Shown here: piece by piece, positions 23,082-35,917 of the stretch
How positions within the stretch are numbered: the stretch's first letter is position 1
Layout of the letters: every line of letters begins with the position of its first letter
DNA from: Chiloscyllium plagiosum
Lineage: Eukaryota
NCBI RefSeq assembly: GCF_004010195.1
Contig: NC_057752.1
Coordinates: 3,958,379-4,008,637, forward strand
Direction: 5' to 3'
Length of the DNA stretch: 50,259 bases
The notes under the pieces: model-generated
The model's input: only the letters and a program-made list of their open reading frames with translations
Told to the model about the DNA's origin: nothing
The model's database searches: none
Made by a program: the position numbers and the translations under genes

Positions 23082-24337
23082 CCATCTGCTATGATCACCT
23101 TATAAACCCTGTTTCTCTGCTCCATGCAATGAATCGCCTGTCAGCTGAACAAAACAGATTGCACCGCAGGTGATCTTCACATCCAGGTCATTGCCACAGC
23201 AACTTCCCCAGAACTGCACTTCTCATTAGCTTAGCAGGAGTTAACAGGTCAGAGTGCTAAAAGACTGTTAAAAAGAGCATGTAAAAATAACAATCTTGCA
23301 TTTCTAAAGCACCTTTTACAACAACCAAATGCCTCAAAGCACTTTACATGCAATATTTGAAGTGTAGTCGCTGTTGGAGGAGGGAAAACAACAGCCAATT
23401 TGCACACAGCAAGCTCCCACCAAAAGCAATGTGATAATGACCAGATGATCTTATCAAGGACAACTAGGGATGGGCAATAAATGCTGGCCAGCCAGCAATA
23501 CCCCCATCCCACAAATGAATAATAAAAAAGCCTGAATTACTACCCCAGTAACATTGCCCCAAGGCTACCAGCCTCTTACGAGGAATGATGACAGAAATTG
23601 GATGATGTGGTTTGGAAAGAAGATAATTAAGAGGGTTCCTTGATACATACATGAATGTTATGGATAAAGTTAACTTGGAGCATTGCTTCAGCATGAGTTA
23701 TGGCAGTCAATATTTCAGACCTAAAAGTCATCCTCAGTTCATTCAAACCATAAGCATGACTGAAGAAAGTTGGTCAAATGGTAAGACCATTTTTATTGTA
23801 CAGTGAATCCTGAGTACATACACAGTACAAGGTAAAAGGAAAGCTCTTTCCCAAGCTCTTAGAGAATCCCAATACTTGTCCTTCTTTAAGTATCAGTGTA
23901 AAAGGTAGATTACAGAAAAATCAATGCAGCAATGTGCTAGGCTACTGAATAGCACAAGGAGCATTTTATACTTGCAGTGACATCCCCCTGTACAAATGCC
24001 ATCTTACCTATTTCAATCATACCCAAAGAAAAGCAAGCAGGGTTTGAGTAGACTCTAGTTGCTGTCCCATATACGAGGTTTAAAAACCAAATCCAAATGG
24101 GCAAGTCATGCCAGCTAAGTCATGCAAGTAGGCCTCCTTGCAACAGATTTCAAGAAGAGCAGAGGGTCTTTCAGAAGGCCTCTTACCTGCTGTCACAGAA
24201 AGGTTACAGAACTCACCAGTTGGAGATCCAACATACAAGGCAGTAAAAATGGAAGCAAAACACAAGCCTGACAATAAAAGCTACCAATAAAGGTACAATG
24301 CAATCTTTCCAGTGATTTTTCAAAAGGTTTGACTTAC

Positions 24338-24515
24338 TTGGATCTACATAGGCCCAGCTGGGGTGCATAGGTGCCGATGGCGATGGACTGTTATTCTTAG
24401 CCCCCAAGGTTGCCTCCTCATAAGTGGGAGGAGCAGTTGATGCTGACATGGGTTCTCTTTTCTCAGGCCCTCGCTGTTCGCCTTCTGGATTTGAGGTTTT
24501 ACTTGTGGAAAAAAG
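24338..24515 (-). CDS. FAIM2: FAIM2 coding exon 2 (LFSTSKTSNPEGEQRGPEKREPMSASTAPPTYEEATLGAKNNSPSPSAPMHPSWAYVDP)
   Basis: TTTGTTTCTTTGCAG acceptor and GTAAGT donor; 178 nt, phase 0 to 1. APPxYEEAT and HPSWAYVDP match the FAIM2 N-terminus. Confidence 0.93.
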
Positions 24516-25660
24516 CTGCAAAGAAACAAAGATAATATACATTGATCTGGTGGATCTTAGTGACACAAATTGAAAAAAAAATGCCTCCACTTCTTCTTAT
24601 TTGGGAGTTTTTGATTCATTTTTTCCCATATTTATGGGGATATCAGTGATTTGGATAGAGTTTACAAAAGGATGGATTGTGCCAATTGGACTCTCTTCGA
24701 TGTAACAAAAGCATTAGGCCTCCAACAGAATAGGTCAGAGTTTGAAAATCAGAACTGGTTTACCCTCTACACAAATATATCAGCTGCTGGTTGTTGCAAA
24801 ATGTCCTTACCTTTTTACTTCTCAGCTAAAGTTACCATTGTATATCAAGCTCAAATTATTTTGAATTTGAGCTTCCAAAAGCCAAGAGCCACACAGGGAT
24901 CCTGAAACTGTAGTCTTACCTTTCCTTCTGAGTTACATACAGAAAAAGTATTAGTGAAGAGGATTAGACCACATGATGCTGATAATTCCCATCACTAGAG
25001 ATTACTAACACACTAATACTAATACTCAAGCACTGTTTCTGTCAGCTTCCTTCTCAGGAGATCATTGCATTGGGGAAATGCAATTAATTGAAAGGTATTG
25101 AGATAGATTCTGAATGATTTTAAAGTCCAGCTATTGGTCTTACATGATTCAGAGATTTAACTTCTTCCCCACATTGAACTCAATGGGGAAATAAATACCA
25201 GTAACATACATCTTCAAATAATGCTGATCCTGTTAACGCTGATCTTGCCTCACGTAAATCCTGTGCAGTGTAACCTGTATACCTTATTCTGTCCAAGTTT
25301 TTTTTCACTGTATGATCTGTATGTGCTTGATTACTATGATCTGCTTGTACTGCTCACAAACGCAGCTTTACACTGTACAGTGTACTTAGATACACGTGAC
25401 AATAAATCAAATCAAATCTACCAATTATCATTCAGGGGATGTGGCTTGGCCAGCATCCCTTATTGGAGAAAGTGGTAGTGAGCTGCTTTCTTGAACCACC
25501 TCAGTCCTTTGTATAGGACACCCACAGTGATGTTTGAAAGAGAGTAGCAGGATTTTGACCCAGCAACACTGAAGAAGGAAATGTTTAGTTTAAAAACAAA
25601 CTGTAAAAAGCAAAGTGATGACAGATTGAAGCATCTATCTTTATCCTCAACTATCAGAAC

Positions 25661-25697
25661 AATTCCTGAAGAAGGGCTCATGCCTGAAACGTCGATT
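25661..25697 (+). ncRNA. Minimal hammerhead motif in a family-2 Penelope-like terminus
   Basis: aattc-CTGAAGA-a-gggc-tcat-gcct-GAAA-cg-TC-gatt. Confidence 0.6.
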
Positions 25698-25914
25698 CTC
25701 CTTCTACTTTGATGCTGCCTGACCTGCTGCGCTTTTCCAGCAACACATTTTCAGCTTGTATCAGAACAATGAACTGACTGTGTTCAGCACATATCAGGGA
25801 GTGCAACTCACTGTCATATAACTGAGAAATCACAGCAAGGCAACCAATTAAAATGGCACCATTTATCTCATGCTGATGGTATAAACCTGCACAAAAAGTT
25901 GCCGGCAAACTCTC

Positions 25915-26130
25915 CCCAGTGTCCTGGCCAGTATTTATCCTTCAACTAAAATCACTAAGGCAGACGATCTGCTCATGATCACATTGTGGTTTGTGGGATC
26001 TTGCTGTGTAAACATTGGCTGCTGTGTTTCCCATGCAACAGTAGTGACTGCACTTTAGGATGTTTTAGGATTTAAGTATTTTAGGATGTTTGAGGTACGA
26101 AAGGTGCATTGGACATGCAAGCTCTTTCTT
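25915..26130 (+). mobile_element. Deu-domain SINE (SacSINE1/AmnSINE1-like)
   Basis: GTGTCCTGGCCAGTATTTATCC...CACATTGTGGTTTGTGGGATCTTGCTGTG...TTGGCTGC matches the recalled Deu domain. Related copies at about 23290-23450 (-), 27620-27960 (-), 31745-31880 (-), 37310-37470 (+) and 45200-45400 (-). Confidence 0.65.
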
Positions 26131-27470
26131 TCACCGCACAAATGTGAAATTTGTGAAACTTGACTTTCTACTTGATTAAGAGTTTTTCATCCTATTCCTT
26201 CCCTTTATCTTGCTGGAGTGGATAAGACAGCAGTATTGCAACTCTCTCCCCAAAATAAAACAGAATAAGGCAAGTAATGGCTGGTTAAGTATGAAGACTG
26301 GAGATGGGGCATTCGGAATAATGGAGAATTTGTCCAACCCAAATGGATTGCAGGAGCCAAGAGGGTGATGGAACTAGTGTATGCAAACATAGAATGGGAC
26401 CATTGGTGGTTCTGAGACCCTGAATCTTTGTGCAATCAGTGAGCTCGATTTGTATACAGGTTGAGATGAAGCAAACTCACTTGATGCACATCAAAGAGAA
26501 ATATTTCCCCCAGTAGAGATTCAAACATAATGGTGGCACAGGAGGAGGGCACAACACACAGCCCATTTGCCCCTCATTTATTGGGATAGCACTTTGCAAT
26601 GTGTACAAACTCTCTAACCAATGTGTATTGCTGCATGGAGCAATTCAAATCCTTTGCTAATCCCTCTCTTATTCCACTGTCAAACTTGTGAAATTGCCTG
26701 ATACCAAATTATCCAACCAACCTGTTGCCAGCTGATATATTGTCAGTGCACAGAATTAGCTAGCATTGTGACAGCCAGCAGCTCAATCACATGGCCCTGT
26801 TGTCAAGCTTCCAGTCAAATCCTACACACAAGTGACTTTTTGTCCCAAATCCCACATCCTGATAAGCAAAAGCAAACCTCAGAGCAAATGCAATTAGCAC
26901 AAACTGGAAATCAATAGAACAGAACTTAAAGCATTTTACAATCAAATGCAATTCTGAGGAAAGGCCAATCATCCCAAAACGTTAACTGATTTCTCTCCAC
27001 AGATACTGCCAGACCTGCTGAGCTTTTCCAGCAACTTCTATTTGTGTCCCTGATTGACAGCTTCTGCAGTTCTTTCAAGCTTTAAAAACATCTCTTGTTT
27101 GCTTCTGCACGTATCCACCTCTCTACCAGCTCCAACCCCACATCACCAGGGTGAACTGCTATCAGGCTGTTTCTGACAGGTATTAGCTCCATGATTGGCA
27201 TGGCATTCTTCAGACAAACTATTTGCTGTCAGCAATCAGAGAGGCAGGCTGCTGATAGAGTCTACACTCTTCACCACTCTGACATCCCATCTTCTGTCTG
27301 CCCCTGTAAGAAAGACTAACTTACACCTTTCTTCACTTTAGGATGTCCCAAATTTGCAGTCAGTTAAATTTTTTTGAGGTCATGATTTGGAGATGCCGGT
27401 GTTGGACTGGGGTGTACAAAGTTAAAAATCACACAACACCAGGTTATAGTCCAACAGGTTTAATTGGAAG

Positions 27471-27505
27471 CACTAGCTTTCGGAGCGCTGCTCCTTCATC
27501 AGGTG
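27471..27505 (-). ncRNA. Minimal type-I hammerhead ribozyme motif, on the same strand as FAIM2 exons 1-2 (intron 1)
   Basis: Minus strand reads cac-CTGATGA-a-ggagc-agc-gctcc-GAAA-gc-TA-gtg. Confidence 0.7.
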
Positions 27506-27525
27506 GTTGTCATCAGGTGGTTGAC

Positions 27526-27560
27526 CACCTGATGAAGGAGCGTCGCTCCGAAAGCTAGTG
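27526..27560 (+). ncRNA. Minimal type-I hammerhead ribozyme motif
   Basis: cac-CTGATGA-a-ggagc-gtc-gctcc-GAAA-gc-TA-gtg: stem I cac/gtg, 5-bp stem II, palindromic AGCT in place of stem III. Confidence 0.7.
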
Positions 27561-30500
27561 CTTCCAATTAAACCTGTTGGACTATAACCTGGTGTTGTGT
27601 GATTTTTAATTTTTTGAGGTGTAATCATTTGTTGTAATGTGAAAGTTTTAGCAGCTAATTAGCACACAACAAGCTCCCACAAACAGTGATGTGATAATAA
27701 TCAGATAATCTGTTCTTGTGAAGTTGATTGAAGAACAAATATCAACCAGGACACCAGTGCTGACACTTCAGCTCTTCCTTTAAACAGTGTCATGTGATCT
27801 TTTACATCCATTTGAGACTGCAGACAAAATGTTGCTTTAACATTTATCTGGAATAAGACTCCTCTGACAGTGCACCACTCCTTCAGTACTGCATAGAGAG
27901 TGACGTCCTAGGTTTTGTATTTGAGTTTTCGGAGTGGAACCTCTGACTGTGAGGTGAAAGTGTTGTCAGCTAAGACACCTGACTCGGTCCATTGTTCCCA
28001 CCTCAGTTCTGGCCTTTAAAGGTGACTCGTCCTCTATCATACAGGCTGCAATCTCTGCCCTTTGCAATCCTTTGTTGCGATACACTCTTAACAGAGGCCA
28101 TTCTTCAATATATTTTTGATTTTCTCCTTGCTAAACAACTCAACACCATCATGGCACTGTAGTTTACAAACAAATTCAGCCTCTGCTCGTATGCCTTTGT
28201 CAGAGCATGTAAGTCTCAATGCTACTCAGAAGTGATGATTCACAGTATCTTACTTCAGCTCTCCTACTGTATTTCTGCCCACCTCCAGAATGCTTTCCGT
28301 CACAAACAATTCCAGCCAAAGTATTTCATATTCCCCCTCATGCTGTGCTATTGCCTGGCTATCCAAGCTCATCCACAATATCACCATCCATGGGCAAAGT
28401 TGAAATTGGGAAATATCAAAGGGAATCTACCCCACATCTCTGCCTCACATAGATCTGCAACAAATGAACAATGTGATGTTACAATCTGACAGCTTTTAAT
28501 GTTACCATCCTGTAATGATGACACAAATGTAGGGATTGCTCGCAGGAGTGTGCAGGACTTTGTGTGGAAATTGAAGGCTCTCGGTGGATTGAGTATGATA
28601 AATGTTAGGAACTTCTTCACAGAAGAACCAAAAAATGGTCGATGATTTACCTTCTGGCCGCTCCTGTGCATTTACAAGGAGCTGGCTCAATAGGGTCCTT
28701 GCCACCAACTTGGCAGGAGATAATTTCCCTGTCCCCAGCTCAACAAAGATGGAAAGCATTGCACTGGAATTTGTTGGGATCTCAACAGGAAGAAAATACT
28801 TCTTACACATTAAATAAAAATAGTCTTTCGGATTTTCCTACAGGCTGCTATACTATTCTCTGCCATGCATTCCCTCAAGCCTGACTGTACCATTCTGTTA
28901 GATCATGGCTAATCTCTCAAACCCATTCACCAGCTTTTGTCTCCATATCCTGTGATTCCCGAATCCATCAAAAATCTGTCCACTTCAGATTTGAAGGCTC
29001 CAACTAACCCCCAGCAAATATTTCTCATACTCATAAATCTTACCAAGATACATTAAGGCTCTCAGTTGCTGATGAGAAGCAGAGCATTTTGGTTTTTAAC
29101 TATGACTTACTACAGAGGGGCAATGGCTTTGGTGAACAAATGCCTCATGGTGAGTGCTGCAGACTTTCCCTCTCAGATCTATGTGGAGTTACACTGGCTT
29201 CTATATGTTTCACAGATTTTACTTACAATGTTTTAAAATGTCTAATCCATGCTCCTGCTCTGGCTTCCAGGTATTTGCACAGTTTGTGTATCTTCCTCTG
29301 AATCCACACTCAGAGCTTAACCAATCAAGCACAGTCAGCATCAGGAATAAACAGATTTACATAATCAAACACAAACAATTGAACCATTGAACACTAAGGT
29401 GAAGTCTGACATTGAAACAGGTACATCTCCAATGTGGTGACCAGAGGAGTTCTCAATTCCCAAGTGACAGGGAGGGAGAATCAGTGATGAAGTACAACTA
29501 CTCCAAAGTAGGTAACTTTAGGCAGGTATGAAACAATGACTCCAATGTTTTTTGTTTGGGGGAGTGGGGGTTCCTGGCAATGAAGTAGATTGCAGTTTGA
29601 CATCAAGGATCATAGCTATGAATGCACTGCATATCCCATTGCATTCCTCTCCATGTAACTGCCCTGTGTATACTGATGCCTGTGCTACCTGCTGCCAGTG
29701 ACCTTTTCCAAAACATTTTTCCTTCCCTGCCCAACCCCAACCACCTGCCTAGCCTCCAATTCATTGCTGTAAATATGGTGTGCAAGCAACATTATCAAGT
29801 AACTGGATGTCACAATTCACTAACTGTCAAAAACTCCAGGAATGAGACAAAAAGAGAATGATTGGGCCAAGTGTGTGCAGTATATAACCACAATACACCT
29901 GCATACAGACTGCATTAACAACTCCAAGTTACCTTCATAGTGAAAAGCCCCACTCACTAACGTACAAGGTGAAATTATAATCCCAATCTCGTGAGGAGTT
30001 GCTTTGTCTTAACTAGAGTTACTTATCAGTTTAGGGAGGGGAAAGGGGAAACCAGTTTTATTTCCACAATAATGCAAAGTGCATGTGTGTTGGATAGGTT
30101 GCTCTTTCTGACACATAAGCTTGCTGGTAAGGAAGGATGCTGATAACCAAGGCACCATAGCTCAGGATGAGTCAGAGCCTCCAAAACAGGAGAGGGAGGG
30201 AAATTAATTATTGGTGGCTCAGATACACGTTCAGCTTCAGCACAACAGCTGCAAAGGAATCTGACGCTGCACCTTTTGGGGTGATATCCATGGCTGAATG
30301 AACAATAGTATGCACACTGCACCACAGCAATGAACAGAGACACAGGTAGCTTGGAGTGCACACCACCCTCAATCACTCAAATGCTCTGAAGCACCGTTAT
30401 GGAGGGGGAAAAAAAGGCTGAACCAACAGTTTAAGATTCAACACTTAACACTCGAAAACTCCTTTCCCTATTGGACTAATAGAATGTTACATTCCATCAC

Positions 30501-30833
30501 AAACTGAGTTTCTAACACTGGTTTAACAATTGATTTCCAAGGATTTCAAAATAAAGCTGGACGGAGGAGTGGGAGTCCTATTTTCCACGAAGATGCCCTA
30601 TTTTAGCACCAATATTCACACTAATATCTATTTCCTATGAAACTGAAGAATGAAGTTCAGAAAAGAAAGCCTGAGGTTCTCAGGCACGTATTGTTTAAGT
30701 GTATAAAATTAGACAATAAAATGCTTGGGGAGATCCATGACTAGATTGGTCGCACCATAGCAACGCTCTTGGAAATACAACGAATCTGTCATACTATAAT
30801 TGAAAAGGAACTGAACGATATAGATGTACTTAC

Positions 30834-30848
30834 TTTTCCTTGTGTCAT
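30834..30848 (-). CDS. FAIM2: FAIM2 (Lifeguard 2, TMBIM2) coding exon 1, MTQGK
   Basis: ATG ACA CAA GGA AAA followed by a GTAAGT donor. It matches the recalled FAIM2 start MTQGK with a phase-0 intron, and lies upstream of exon 2 on the same strand. Confidence 0.88.
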
Positions 30849-31375
30849 TCTGAGGAGCTCACTTGCACTGCGGATGACAGACAGTGTCGAACACCTGTGC
30901 TCCTGCTCGTTAATTTCCAGTGAAACTGACCCAGCCGCCTGTTATGACTGCAGTAAATCTGGGATAATACAGTTTCTAGCAATATCCACGGGCATGCACA
31001 CAGGCAGGCTGGAAGATACCAAGCGAGTGTAGCAGCCAGGGGAGGCTCGCATCAGATTACACATCAGGATCTCGGGCACAGCCCTGAACAATTGGCGAGT
31101 ACCGCTGCGGTGGGCATCTCCGCAGTGCCCGGAAAGTGGCCAAGGTGCCTTTCTCCTTTTCACCTGGACATCGCAGCGAATGGTGCTGGCGTTTGCTCTA
31201 ATGGTTGAGTCCTGTCATTCAAGTTGGGTTGGTGGAGGGGGCAGTGGGATTGGGGTGTTGTAGTGTTGCGTTTCACAAAAAGGACCTTGTGTTTTGAGAG
31301 CAATGGAAGGAAGACTAGCATTTCTCTAGCGCCGTTCACGACCTCAGTGACTGTCGCAGACTGCTTTGCAGCCAA
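30849..31375 (-). promoter_or_regulatory. Probable FAIM2 5'UTR/promoter
   Basis: Unique, GC- and CpG-enriched sequence directly upstream of the FAIM2 ATG, in an otherwise CpG-depleted background. Confidence 0.5.
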
Positions 31376-31379
31376 TGAA

Positions 31380-31741
31380 GAGAGGTTTATAAAATCATGA
31401 GGGGCATGGATAGGATAAACAGAGAAAGTCTTTTCCCCGGTGTGGGGGAGTCCAGAACTAGAGGGCATAGGTTAAGGGTGAGAGGGGAAAGATATAAAAG
31501 GGACTTAAGGGGCAACCTTTTCTCACAGAGGGTGGTACGTGTATGGAATGAGCTGCCAGAGGAAGTGGTGGAGGCTGGTACAATTTAAAAGGCATCTGGA
31601 TGGGTATATGAATAGGAAGGGTTTAGAGGGATATGGGCCAAGTGCTGGCAAATGGGACTCGATTGGGTTGGGATATCTTGTCAGCATGGACAAGTTGGAC
31701 CGAAGGATCTGTTTCCATGCTGTACACCTCTATGACTCTAA
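31380..31741 (+). mobile_element. CR1 family-A 3' end
   Basis: MRGMDRINRESLFP...FSQRVVRVWNELPEEVVEAG; tail CTCTATGACTCTA. Confidence 0.9.
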
Positions 31742-31887
31742 GTACTTTTGAAGTGTAGACTCAGTGTCAGCAAGTTCTCATACAGTAAGATCCCACAGAT
31801 TGCAACATGAAAAGGACCAGATAAACCATTTTGAGTGATGTTGATTGAGGGATAAATACTGGTCTGGTCTCCAGGGTGAATCCCAGA

Positions 31888-32330
31888 ACAGAAACAGAAA
31901 TTGTCGGAGAAACAGGTCGAGCAGCATCTGTGGAGAGAATGCAGAGTTAACGTTTCAAGTCCAGTGACCCTTCTTCAGAACTGATGGTAGCTAGGATAAA
32001 AGGTTGACCATGTGCGGAAGATGGGATGGGGGTGATTGTGAGTGATGGAGCCCAGAGAAAGAGAGAACCACAATTAGGCAAAGGCTTGAAGAACAGCATC
32101 TCATTTTCCACTTGGGGACCCCCACAGCCATTAGGACTTAGTATGGAGTTCGATAATTTTAGAGCCTGAATACTTTCCTCTATGTCCTTTACCTATTCCC
32201 CTACACCTCAGGCCTTGTCATGACATGAGCTGCTTTCAGCATAGCTCACCCATTGTCATCTACTCATTGTCCCATTATCAGCTTTTCTTTCTCCATTATC
32301 CATCCCTGTTTAACTGTCATTCTGTCTTTC
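31888..32330. mobile_element. Penelope-like element with inverted structure (minus-strand 3' terminus joined to plus-strand ORF end)
   Basis: Plus strand from about 32086 encodes LEEQHLIFHLGT; the minus-strand terminus carries a hammerhead. Confidence 0.65.
31945..31982 (-). ncRNA. Minimal hammerhead motif in a Penelope-like terminus
   Basis: agtt-CTGAAGA-a-gggtc-actg-gactt-GAAA-cg-TT-aact; stem I agtt/aact. Confidence 0.6.
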
Positions 32331-34750
32331 AGAGTGACAGCCCTTGACATCAAGCTCGCATTCGACTGCGTGTGACATCAAGGAGCCCTAGAGTCATAGA
32401 GATGTACAGCAGGGCAACAGAGCCTTCAGTCCAACTCATCCATGCTGACTAGATAACCGACATGAATTAATTCTAAAACCCTTCCAATTGATATTCCCAT
32501 CCAGATGCCTTTTAAATGTTGTCATTGTACCAGCCTCCACCGCTTCCTCTGGCACCTCTTTCAACACACACACCACCCTCTGCGTGAAAACTTTCCCCTT
32601 AGGTCCCTTTTAAATCTTTCCCCTTTCTCCCTAAACCTATGCCCTCTAGTTTTGGACTCCCCTACCCTGGGAAAAAGACCTTGTCTATTCACCTCATGAT
32701 TTTATAAACCTCTATAAAGTCACCCCTCAGCCTCCGATGCTCCAGGGAAAACAGCCCCAGCCTATTCAACTTCTCCCTGTAGCTCAAACCCTCTAACCCT
32801 GGCAACATCCTTGTAAATCGTTTCTGAACCCTTTCAAGTTTAACAACATCTTTCCCATAGCAGGGAGACTAGAATTGAATGCAGTTGTCCAAAAGTGGAA
32901 AGTCAAATCAAGATAGGAGTTTCATGGTGCATGGTAGGGCCTTCAGGAGTGTTGTGGAACAGAGGAATCTTGGAGTTCAGGTGCACGGTTCTCTGAAAGT
33001 GGAGTCACAGGTAGGCAGGGCAGTGAAGAAGGCTTTTGGCACACTGGCCTTCATCAGTCAGGGCATTGAGTATAGAGGTTGGGAAGTTATGTTGCGCTTA
33101 TACAGGACATTGGTGAGGCCTCACTTGGAGTATTGTATTCAGTTTTGGTCACCTTGTTATAGGACGGATGTTATTAAAGTCGAGAGAGTGCAGAAGGAAT
33201 TTACAAGGATTTTGCCTTGACTCAATGATCTGAGTTATAGGGAGAGGTTGGACAAGCTAGGATGTAGGAGACTGAGGGGAGGGAACCTTATAGAGGTGTA
33301 TAAGATCATGAGAAGCATGGATAGGGTGAATGCACTCAGTCTTTTTCCCAGTGTTGGGGAAGTGAGGACTAGAGGGCATCAGTTGAAGGTTAGAGGGGAA
33401 AGAATAAAAGGGAACCCAAGGGGCAACATTTTAAATATAGGGTGGTACACATATGGAATGAGCGGTCAGGGGAAGTAGTTGAGATGGGTACATTAATAGC
33501 ATTTAAAAGGTATTTGGACAAATACGTGGATAGGAAAGGATTAAAAGGATTAGAAAGGATTATGGACCAAGTGCAGGGAAATGGGTATTTTGGTCAGCAT
33601 AGACCAGTTTGGACCAAAGGGCCTGTCTCCATGCTGTAGGACTCTATGACTCTAAGTGGCCTAATCAATGTCCTATATAGGTGCAACATGACCTCCCAAC
33701 TCCAATACTCAATGCTCTATCCAATCCAGCATACTAAGCGTCTTCTTCACCACCCTGTCTACCTGCGAGTCCATTGCATTCCAAGGTCTCTTTGTTCGGC
33801 AACATTCTCCAGGACCCTACCATTAAGTGTATACACCCTGCTCTGATTTGCTTTTCCAAAATGCAACACCTCACATTTATTTAATCTGCCACTCCTTGAT
33901 CCATTGGCCCATCTGATCAAGATCCCATTGTACTCTGAGATAACCTTCTTTGCTGTTCACTACACCTCCAATTTTGATGTCATCTACAAACTTACTTACT
34001 CTAGCCCTTGCAAAACTGGAGTCAATGGATATCCAGGGGAAAACTCTCCTGGCAAAAAGACGGATGGTTATTTGGTGGTCATTCATCTCAACTCCAGGAC
34101 ATCTCTGCAGGAGTTCTTCAGGGGTGTGTCCTAGGCTCAACCATCTTCAGCTACTTCATCAGTTACTTCATCAATGACCTCCCTTCCTTCATAAAATCAA
34201 AAGTAGGAATGTTTGCCAATGATTGCAAAATGTTCAGCACCATTTGCAGCTCCTCAGATACTGAAACAGTCCATGTCTAACTGCAGTAGGACCTCAACAA
34301 TATCCAGGTTCCAACTAATAAGTGGCAAATAACATTCACACCTCACAATGACCATCTCCAATACGAAACAATCTTGATCTTCAGTGGTGTTACCATCACT
34401 GAATTCCCCCATTTATTAACATCCTTATTGACCAGAAACTCAAATGGGCTAGCCACATAAACACAGTGGCTACAAGAGCAGGCCAGAGGGTAGGAATACT
34501 GTGGCAAGTAACTCACCTCCTGACTCCCCAAAGCCTGTCCACCATCTACAAGGCATAAATCATGAGTGTTTTGGAATACTCCCCACTTGCCTGATGAGTG
34601 CAACTCCAACAACACTTGAGAAGCTTGACACCATCCAGGACAAAGTAGCTCACTTGATTTGCACTCCATCACAAACATCCACTCCTTCCACCACTGATGC
34701 ACAGTAGCAGTGTGTACTATCTGTAAGATCTACTGCAGAAATTCACCATC
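32331..34750. mobile_element. Three-layer LINE nest: family B (+) containing CR1 (-, about 32390-34003) containing CR1 (+, 32899-33653)
   Basis: Inner TSD AAGTGG at 32893-32898 and 33654-33659. The outer host reads CAAGGAGCCCT|...|AGCCCTTGCAAAACTGG, colinear with 18154-18175. Confidence 0.85.
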
Positions 34751-35917
34751 CTCTCCCTCCTTCATCCACCCTCCTCGCCAACCTACACCATCACCCCACC
34801 ACCTCCATTTACCTATCGCATTCCCAGCTACCTTCCCCCCAGCCATTTATCTCTCAGGCCCCTTGGGTCAACCCCTCATTCCTGATTAAGAGCTCATGCT
34901 TGAAACATCGACTCTCCTGCTCCTCAGTCGCTGACTGACCAACTGATAAGAATAGCAAAGATTCTTATTGCGCAAATGCCATTAGAAACCAGAATAAGAC
35001 AGTACTCAGAAAGACAGAGAAATAAAACATCTTTACTGATAAATCTTTAATGAAGGATGTTTTTAAGCCTAAAATAAGATGGGACAAATGAAGGGAGTAT
35101 AAAAATATTGACAAGATAAAAGCTCACAAATTCATTAACAGCCTGTTAATTTCTGTTAATAAAGTTGTAACATCAGTAAATTGTCTCATTTAAGTTTATT
35201 TTCTGTTACAATTGTAACAAACTTTAATGTTTTATTTACTTCCTTAAGTTGGAAATGTATTTTCTGAAGAGAGAAATCTCAGAGCCATAAAATAGCTTAG
35301 ACATTTATAGCAGAGCTAAGGATTATTAAACGTAAGCAGGCTATTTAGAACATGGCAACATTCACAAGTAGTTTCTTATCCAGGGAAAGTTAATCTTACA
35401 GTCCCAAAACTTTAAGTATTTATGAAATTGACTAGTTTGAACTCAATAGACAGAAATTACCAGGAATATACTCCTGATTTAAGTTTGCTCTTAAAAAAAA
35501 GGAGGTAGAAGCGAGAAATCACTTTGGGGTAAGGGGTACCTGGGGATTAGCTGGATCAGGTTGGAGGTTGGTCAGGTGGTGTTTGAGACAGGACTTGGGT
35601 TCAGTCAGTGATTGGGTGGGGGGTTGTCCATTGTGTATTACCAAGAAGTTAGACTTGGTCTAACCTGTCTAACATTTCCTTGGTATCTATCCAGGTAACT
35701 ACTTTGGAACTGCAGGAGGTTTCTGACTCCAGCTTTAACTGCGATGGAAGTTTGAACCTGGTGGACAATTCCCATGTGGATTAGCATATTGGGACCTATA
35801 AAGGATCCCAAAATACATTTTGGGTTGTATATCTGGTCTGCAAATTCCAGAAACCGAAACACCCGGACCATAATTTTAACAGCAGTGTTAAACCATGTAT
35901 TTCAAACTGATTAATAC

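Larger units (their letters stand above)
27381..27607 (-). mobile_element. Young Penelope-like fold-back element (family 1) inserted in a Deu-SINE
   Basis: Near-perfect inverted repeat of about 85 bp (about 27422-27507 vs 27524-27609); flanking repeat AATTTTTT(T)GAGGT on both sides. Confidence 0.88.

Noticed and set aside
24914..24945. Strong minus-strand donor GGAAAG|GTAAGA resembling the end of FAIM2 exon 1
   Set aside because: The nearest ATG is followed at once by TAA, and the nearest AG gives an 8-nt frameshifting unit. The true MTQGK exon is at 30834-30848.
30236..30256. REST/RE1 site in FAIM2 intron 1
   Set aside because: Only the left half (TTCAGCAC) matches; the GGACAG half is absent.
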